A stretch of 36,231 nt of DNA, from positions 913,876 through 950,106 of the forward strand of contig KB097558.1 in assembly GCA_000326865.1 (NCBI GenBank), read 5' to 3'. The translations under genes were made by a program, and so were the position numbers. The notes beneath the pieces are model-generated. The model saw only the letters and a list, made by a program, of their open reading frames with translations. It was not told where the DNA came from and ran no database searches. This document shows positions 31,801-36,231 of this stretch, one piece after another; position 1 is the stretch's first letter; the number at the start of each line of letters is the position of its first letter. This DNA is from Helobdella robusta (Eukaryota).

Positions 31801-34800
31801 TAAAACACTTTTCAAAAATGTTTCTGACTCATTTGCGATGTATAACTGAAAGTTAATAATTAAATTAAATTGTAATTAAATTAAATTATAATTATAATTA
31901 AAACTACTCACGCACACACACAAACACAGACACACACAAACACACACACACACCCAGACAGACCAGGTTGTAGGAAAAATGACTTCTCCCCCTTCACCAA
32001 CTTCTTCTTGCCCAGCTGGGGCATGCCCTTATCATCGACGGGGTCTAGGATCACGCAGTATTGTCGGTTGGTCAGTGTTGTTATGTGAACCTCACCAATC
32101 ACCTGCGGCAATCAGGGGTTGCATAAATTATTATAATTAGTTGTTTGTCAGTCATCATGCAAAGTATGGAAAATGATGTAACAACCTGCAGTAGGTTCAT
32201 ACGTGCTAACAATTGGATTTTCAAAAATAAGGCAAAAAAATGAAAGATTTGTTTTTTACTACGATAATAGTCCTTGATATTTTTGTGTATAACCGTTATA
32301 AATAAAGTTGACAATTAAATAAACGATGTAATTTTCTTTTGTTGTTTCGTTAGAATCATAATCACCATCAATATTGCAATTAAACTAGTTAAAATGTCGT
32401 CATTCTAAAGCTTTCTTTGATGTGTCTTGTTAGGATCATTATTATTACTGATATGACAATGAATTTGAAAATTAGTTGGTTTGATTGATGTACATGTCTT
32501 TGAAAACGATCTGCATGTTTATATTTATAAGTTTTAGTTGCTTGAAAAAAAAATTAATTAAAAAAAAGTAATTTTTTAATTTTATAAATCATAACACAAG
32601 CAAAGAGTACATTTTTTGATGAAAAAAACCGAGTTGAACGTTAAAAGAACCTGCTCATAGACGTTGGGTATATGTGCCTCCGTGTCAGTCGACTTGATCA
32701 ACCACTCCTCTCCATTCCTCCTCGTCACGCCGAAGTCATCTTTGAAGGTCTTCAGTGCCCTCACGTGCAGGGCGGTCTGGTGGTGGAAGTCGAATGAAAG
32801 GTGTGAAGCAAGACATAATTTAAAATTAATAGAAAATACTCTAAGCTAGCATTACCTTAATAATGTTTGATACATCTAACTTGATCTTTATATTATCAAA
32901 CAAGAATAATAACAATTAAAAAATATGTTTTTTCAAAAACATACTATGTACATTTTTAATTTCATCTCATTATAATTCTCGAAAAAATTTATTTTTCAAC
33001 CAGACAACCAAGAATCAGAATTCTTTAAATCAAATCTAAATGACAGTCTGACATGAAAAAACAATCAAAATATTTCAAAGATGTATTTGTTGCAGCCACA
33101 AAATTGTGATGAAATGAAAGCCAGCCAGCCAGCCTAAAAAGTACAAACCTTATCATTGAGGACTTGTGCATAGACTACCTCAACCACCTCCTCATATGCA
33201 CCTGGCAGGTAGGCCCCCGTCCTCTTCACCAACCACTCCTCTCCTGTGACTCGGGGGTGGCCCTCGCGATCGATGCACTCCTTGCGAGCCCTCAGTCTGA
33301 TGGCCTGATTGGCTAGGATCACCGTGGCTCCAATGGACTGCTCGATAACGACTTCTTTGCGAGGGATGTATGTTCCTGGACGAAAATGCAGTTGAATTGT
33401 TGTGCTCATTTAATGTTCTATGAATCTTTTATGAATTATTCGTTTGCAAAGTGCTAATTTATGCAACTGAAATGATTTTGAAAGCATTTATTTAAATCAA
33501 ATGAGAATTTAAAACGAGCTTAAATAAACATATTTGAGTAATTTATAATTTAGTTTCTTTTAGTTTCTTTCAATCCTAAGTAATTGAAAATTTCAGGTTT
33601 TAGCAAGTACAATGGACAACAAGTCAGATGGACAACACAACACATCAGAAGGACAACACATTACATCAGATGGACGACAACCACACATCAAAAAGACAAC
33701 ACTTCATATTTTAAATGGTCCTTTAGGGCAGGAATCTCAAAAGGAAATGCTACACTTCCACAGTGGTTGGCAAGAATGTGTTTGATTGTGTGTACGAATT
33801 TTGAAGAGTGTTCCTCATTCAAAATATGCATGATGAATAATAAAAATTAAATAACAATATTGCCTGTATGCAAAAACTGAAAAAAAAGGTTAGGCGTTTC
33901 AATCTTGGATCACCAACCAAGTCTTGAGAAGACAAAATTTGAGAAAGAAACTTCAATTTAAAGATCTGATGATGAGAACATACAAGGTAAACACGAAATA
34001 AACAGAAAACCGAACTAATCATCAGCAGATAAAAAGAATTAAAATAAAAATAAGACATCTAAGTTAACATTCAATGGCCCTTTCTTTATAAGAAAGTTTG
34101 GCGTGAGAAATAAAGAATAAAACCAGTTTAGTGTCTCTAGCTGTCAATGAATTAATGAATAATAAATGAGAAGCTACACTAAGGGAGGAATGCAAACTGC
34201 ACGAGCTGAGAACAATGAAAAATGAAATATTGAAAATGTTAATTAGGCATTTCAAGTGTGGTGCAAGGCAAGGCGGTTTTATTTAAAAGCCACGAGGTGC
34301 AAGGATCAATTACTAACAATATCAAATTAAAACTTCGCATTTCAATGGTGTTACAATGAAATTTTGTTGTTTTATATCAATCATACGGTGCTGTATAATA
34401 TATATTAAAAAGTAACAAGATATCTACTTTGTTATATACTCAATGAGATCATAAAAATCTGAGAAACAGATGGCAAATGAAACACAACAAGCAAGCATTC
34501 AACAAGAAAGATATATTTCTAACTATTACTTTCATAGTACAAACATAAGCAGCAAGTTAAAATGCTATTCAAATTGATATAGAAAATAATTTTCATATCA
34601 AAAACATCAAGAAGAACATTCAGTTGAAAATGAACACACTAGAACCAGAAACAAATACTGCCAGCCAAATCAACAACCACAAACAAAGACAGACCAATAT
34701 TTTAAAAAATGATGAAACAAAAAAATCTACAAAGATAAACAAATATGAGAACAAATGTATAATAACATTTATAATAACAAGTCACAGAACCAACAATCAC

Positions 34801-35195
34801 AAAGATTAACAAATAAATTTAGCAGCATCACCAACAACAAAGAAGCCAAAGTAAAAAAAACAATGGAAGGCCAACCAGGTCCTTCAAAGAGCCACTCATC
34901 ACCAGCAGTTCGTTTCTCTCCAATGTCATCTTCAAAATCCAAGATGGCTCTGAGACGAAGAGCAGTGTTGGCGACAACGATTTTCAACTCAGATACTTGT
35001 TGCTTCAGAATTTCTCCGGGCCAAAGAGGAAATGGATCCTGAGCCAATCGAACGTCGAGGTCAGCGTGACACAATTTCACCTGACCATTGGCATCAAGAA
35101 CGACTCTTCCATCCTTGTCCTTAACAGTCGGGTTTTCAACGACGCAGTAGTGGCGAGGAGGAATTGTTATCATGCGCTCAGGGCCCAGAATAACT
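25669..35195 (-). CDS. MVP: Major vault protein (MVP) gene; 13 coding exons in the window, 5' coding exon(s) beyond the window end
   Basis: Exons (- strand): 34876..35195, 33149..33375, 32651..32776, 31964..32102, 31675..31766, 31223..31372, 30584..30819, 30138..30335, 28957..29098, 28447..28658, 26673..26916, 26155..26343, 25669..25833 (stop TGA 25671-25669). All donors are GT and all acceptors AG, with consistent phases. The concatenated product is collinear with vertebrate MVP from ..PMRMVTVPPRHYC to the C-terminus: [209 protein letters not shown], the coiled-coil region, and [13 protein letters not shown]. Confidence 0.92.
26155..26343 (-). CDS. MVP: MVP exon ([48 protein letters not shown]...AGPDLQ)
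   Basis: Acceptor CATGACAG|GCA. An alternative at 26318 would shorten a ~16-aa excess relative to vertebrate MVP. Donor CAG|GTAAAG. ORF 26110..26325. Confidence 0.7.
26673..26916 (-). CDS. MVP: MVP exon (coiled-coil region: [20 protein letters not shown]...[12 protein letters not shown])
   Basis: Acceptor ACCAG|A. Donor TGG|GTCAGT. An alternative donor AAGA|GTATTG 12 nt upstream is possible. ORF 26661..26927. Confidence 0.7.
27258..28240 (-). mobile_element. 5'-truncated non-LTR retrotransposon (RTE-like LINE) fragment inside an MVP intron
   Basis: ORF 27710..28426 (-) carries the RT motifs [27 protein letters not shown] and [10 protein letters not shown] frameshifted tail ORF 27265..27519 has [23 protein letters not shown] (RTE-type C-terminus). 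The element ends in an (ATTG)n microsatellite at ~27258-27280. Confidence 0.8.
28447..28658 (-). CDS. MVP: MVP exon ([12 protein letters not shown]...[33 protein letters not shown])
   Basis: Acceptor CCTCACCTCAG|AAC. Donor AG|GTATTG. ORF 28341..28676. Confidence 0.85.
28876..28954. repeat. (CAAAC/CCAA)n microsatellite in an MVP intron
   Basis: caaacaaataaacaaacgaaccaaccaacccaccaaccaacc... Produces ORF 28762..28992. Confidence 0.85.
28957..29098 (-). CDS. MVP: MVP exon ([48 protein letters not shown])
   Basis: Acceptor CTCACCAG|G. Donor AAG|GTTTTT. ORF 28831..29055. Confidence 0.85.
30138..30335 (-). CDS. MVP: MVP exon (RVVFGPELV...[16 protein letters not shown])
   Basis: Acceptor TTTTGAACAG|G. 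Donor TG|GTTAGC. ORF 30068..30454. Confidence 0.85.
30584..30819 (-). CDS. MVP: MVP exon ([24 protein letters not shown]...[17 protein letters not shown])
   Basis: Acceptor CGAACAG|GTT. Donor AG|GTGTGT. ORF 30574..30792. Confidence 0.85.
31223..31372 (-). CDS. MVP: MVP exon ([21 protein letters not shown]...NVKTGK)
   Basis: Acceptor CATCACACAG|GAC. Donor AAG|GTGCGA. Lies within ORF 31169..31615, whose N-terminal part is intronic (CCAG)n microsatellite. Confidence 0.85.
31551..31610. repeat. (CCAG)n microsatellite in an MVP intron
   Basis: ccagccagccagccagccagccagtcggcc... Produces the GWLAGWL part of ORF 31169..31615. Confidence 0.9.
31675..31766 (-). CDS. MVP: MVP exon ([31 protein letters not shown])
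   Basis: Acceptor TTTTGACGCCAG|GG. Donor AGA|GTCAGT. Falls below the ORF-track size threshold; found by frame continuity. Confidence 0.7.
31964..32102 (-). CDS. MVP: MVP exon ([22 protein letters not shown]...FFLQP)
   Basis: Acceptor TTGCCGCAG|GTG. Donor CCTG|GTCTGT. ORF 31908..32111. Confidence 0.85.
32651..32776 (-). CDS. MVP: MVP exon ([11 protein letters not shown]...NVYEQ)
   Basis: Acceptor CCACCACCAG|ACC. Donor CAG|GTTCTT. ORF 32582..32764. Confidence 0.8.
33149..33375 (-). CDS. MVP: MVP exon (GTYIPRKEV...VLNDK)
   Basis: Acceptor TCGTCCAG|GA. Donor AAG|GTTTGT. ORF 33134..33409. Confidence 0.85.
34876..35195 (-). CDS. MVP: MVP exon ([17 protein letters not shown]...GDEWLFEGP)
   Basis: Acceptor AATCAG|A at 35197-35196 follows an in-frame TGA. 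Donor CCTG|GTTGGC. ORF 34769..35173. Confidence 0.85.
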
Positions 35196-35849
35196 CTGAT
35201 TGTTCATTCATCATTGATGTTTCAGACATTTGATAAGCACTCATCTTATAGCTTTAAATTTTAAAGTGTAATTTTGACTGATCAATAAAATCATTGATGA
35301 TTTGACTAATAGAAAATTTCCAACAATAGTTTTATTATGTCCATGATAGTATTAACAAAGGCAAACATATAAAAAAAACTAGCTTATTTCATTTGTGTCA
35401 TTATTATTCAACCAGAATACTTCCTATTTCTAATCAAAACTATTACAAAATTTGCACTGGTTCAATTTGCCTTTTAAATGAATATAATTTGATCATCCAA
35501 GTCTGATGGAAAACTACTAAAATGGCATCAAACAATAAGTAAATCAGTTTCTGGATTGAAACTCATTTAAATCATAATTGAATTATCAAAAATAAGTACT
35601 TGATTTTGAGCAACCAGTCATTATTTTATAAAAAAGATATTTTGAAAATAGCAGTTGACTATTCACATCAGAAAATGTGTTTTATAGAATTTCTTGATTG
35701 TAATTTTTTAAAATGAAAACCTTACTCAACCCAAGCTTGGCAATAAAAATTTGGAATAATTTCATGATCTAATTACCAATTACTAAATATCTGATTCAAT
35801 CAATCAATCAATCAATCAATTAGCTTATAAAGCGCTATTTCCGCGATGT

Positions 35850-36231
35850 TCAACAGCGCTCCTCAATGAATTTTGAAAACAGATGGGTCTTGAGATCCGC
35901 TTTGAACTTCGCAAGCGATGGAGAAATAGTTAGAGAAGTAGGTAGAGAGTTCCAGAGAAAAGGACCAGAAAAAGCAAAAGCAGATTTGGCAAAAGAGTGT
36001 TTAACACGAGTTAAGAAAAAGCGAGAAGAAGAAGACGATCGTAAACTGGGGCGTTTAGGTTCAATTAATATATCTGATAAGTACTTAGGAAATAATTTAG
36101 ATTGAGACTTATACATGAACGTGCAAATTTTAAAAATTATTCTATATTTTATAGGTAGCCAGTGCAAGAGAACAAGATATGGAGATATATGAGAAAAGAA
36201 AGGGGCACGAGCAACTAGACGAGCAGCAGAG
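35850..36231 (-). mobile_element. 3' terminal portion of a non-LTR retrotransposon ORF (conserved tail LHWLPIKYRIIFKI...LWNSLP...LKTHLF), truncated by the window end
   Basis: ORF 35850..36167 (-) is open to the window edge. The motif pattern LHWLP-x-RI-FKI, YLSD(I/L)L, RSLRSS, LWNSLP and FK..LKTHLF is, by my recollection, widespread at the C-terminus of metazoan LINE ORF2-like proteins. It lies where MVP intron 1 is expected. Confidence 0.5.

Noticed and set aside
1-36231. Prokaryotic interpretation (operons, CRISPR arrays, defence islands)
   Set aside because: The sequence is AT-rich with GT-AG introns, metazoan protein families split into phase-consistent exons, a nuclear-type tRNA with a Pol III terminator, LINE retrotransposon fragments and TATA promoters. 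There are no CRISPR-like repeat-spacer arrays or bacterial gene density.

Overview
AT-rich eukaryotic (metazoan, probably mollusc/lophotrochozoan-like) genomic DNA carrying spliced genes, not prokaryotic sequence. Reading 5' to 3':

(1) 0.3-1.6 kb: copy A of a ~1.3-1.7 kb segmental duplication whose copy B lies at 12.1-13.85 kb.

(2) 1.9-5.4 kb: two foldback/MITE-like elements with long inverted arms (2806-3662, 4117-4893), dispersed short repeats, (CA)n/(TG)n microsatellites and a repeated E-box+GATA-like 16-mer.

(3) + strand caspase-family gene: TATA box at 6287, ATG at 6333, exons at 7651, 8284, 8451 and 8838-9047. The catalytic QACxG exon was not found and there is a frame break after DLTEE, so it may be a pseudogene. 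A tRNA-Gln(CUG) gene (8098-8169) with a Pol III T-run terminator is nested in one of its introns.

(4) - strand SETD6-like SET-domain lysine methyltransferase gene: six exons from 17629 down to about 14780, 3' end unresolved.

(5) + strand six-exon gene for a novel single-pass membrane protein (20530-22204) with very short introns (42-64 nt).

(6) - strand two-exon insulin-like peptide gene (23742->23320): TATA box, signal peptide, B-chain/C-peptide/A-chain layout and 8 cysteines including a CECC A-chain motif typical of molluscan insulin-related peptides. This is the most notable element.

(7) - strand major vault protein (MVP) gene: 13 exons in the window (35195->25669), first coding exon(s) outside the window. 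A 5'-truncated RTE-like LINE (27258-28240) sits in one intron and a second LINE 3' tail lies at 35850-36231.

Many micro- and minisatellites are present, several of which create spurious ORFs.
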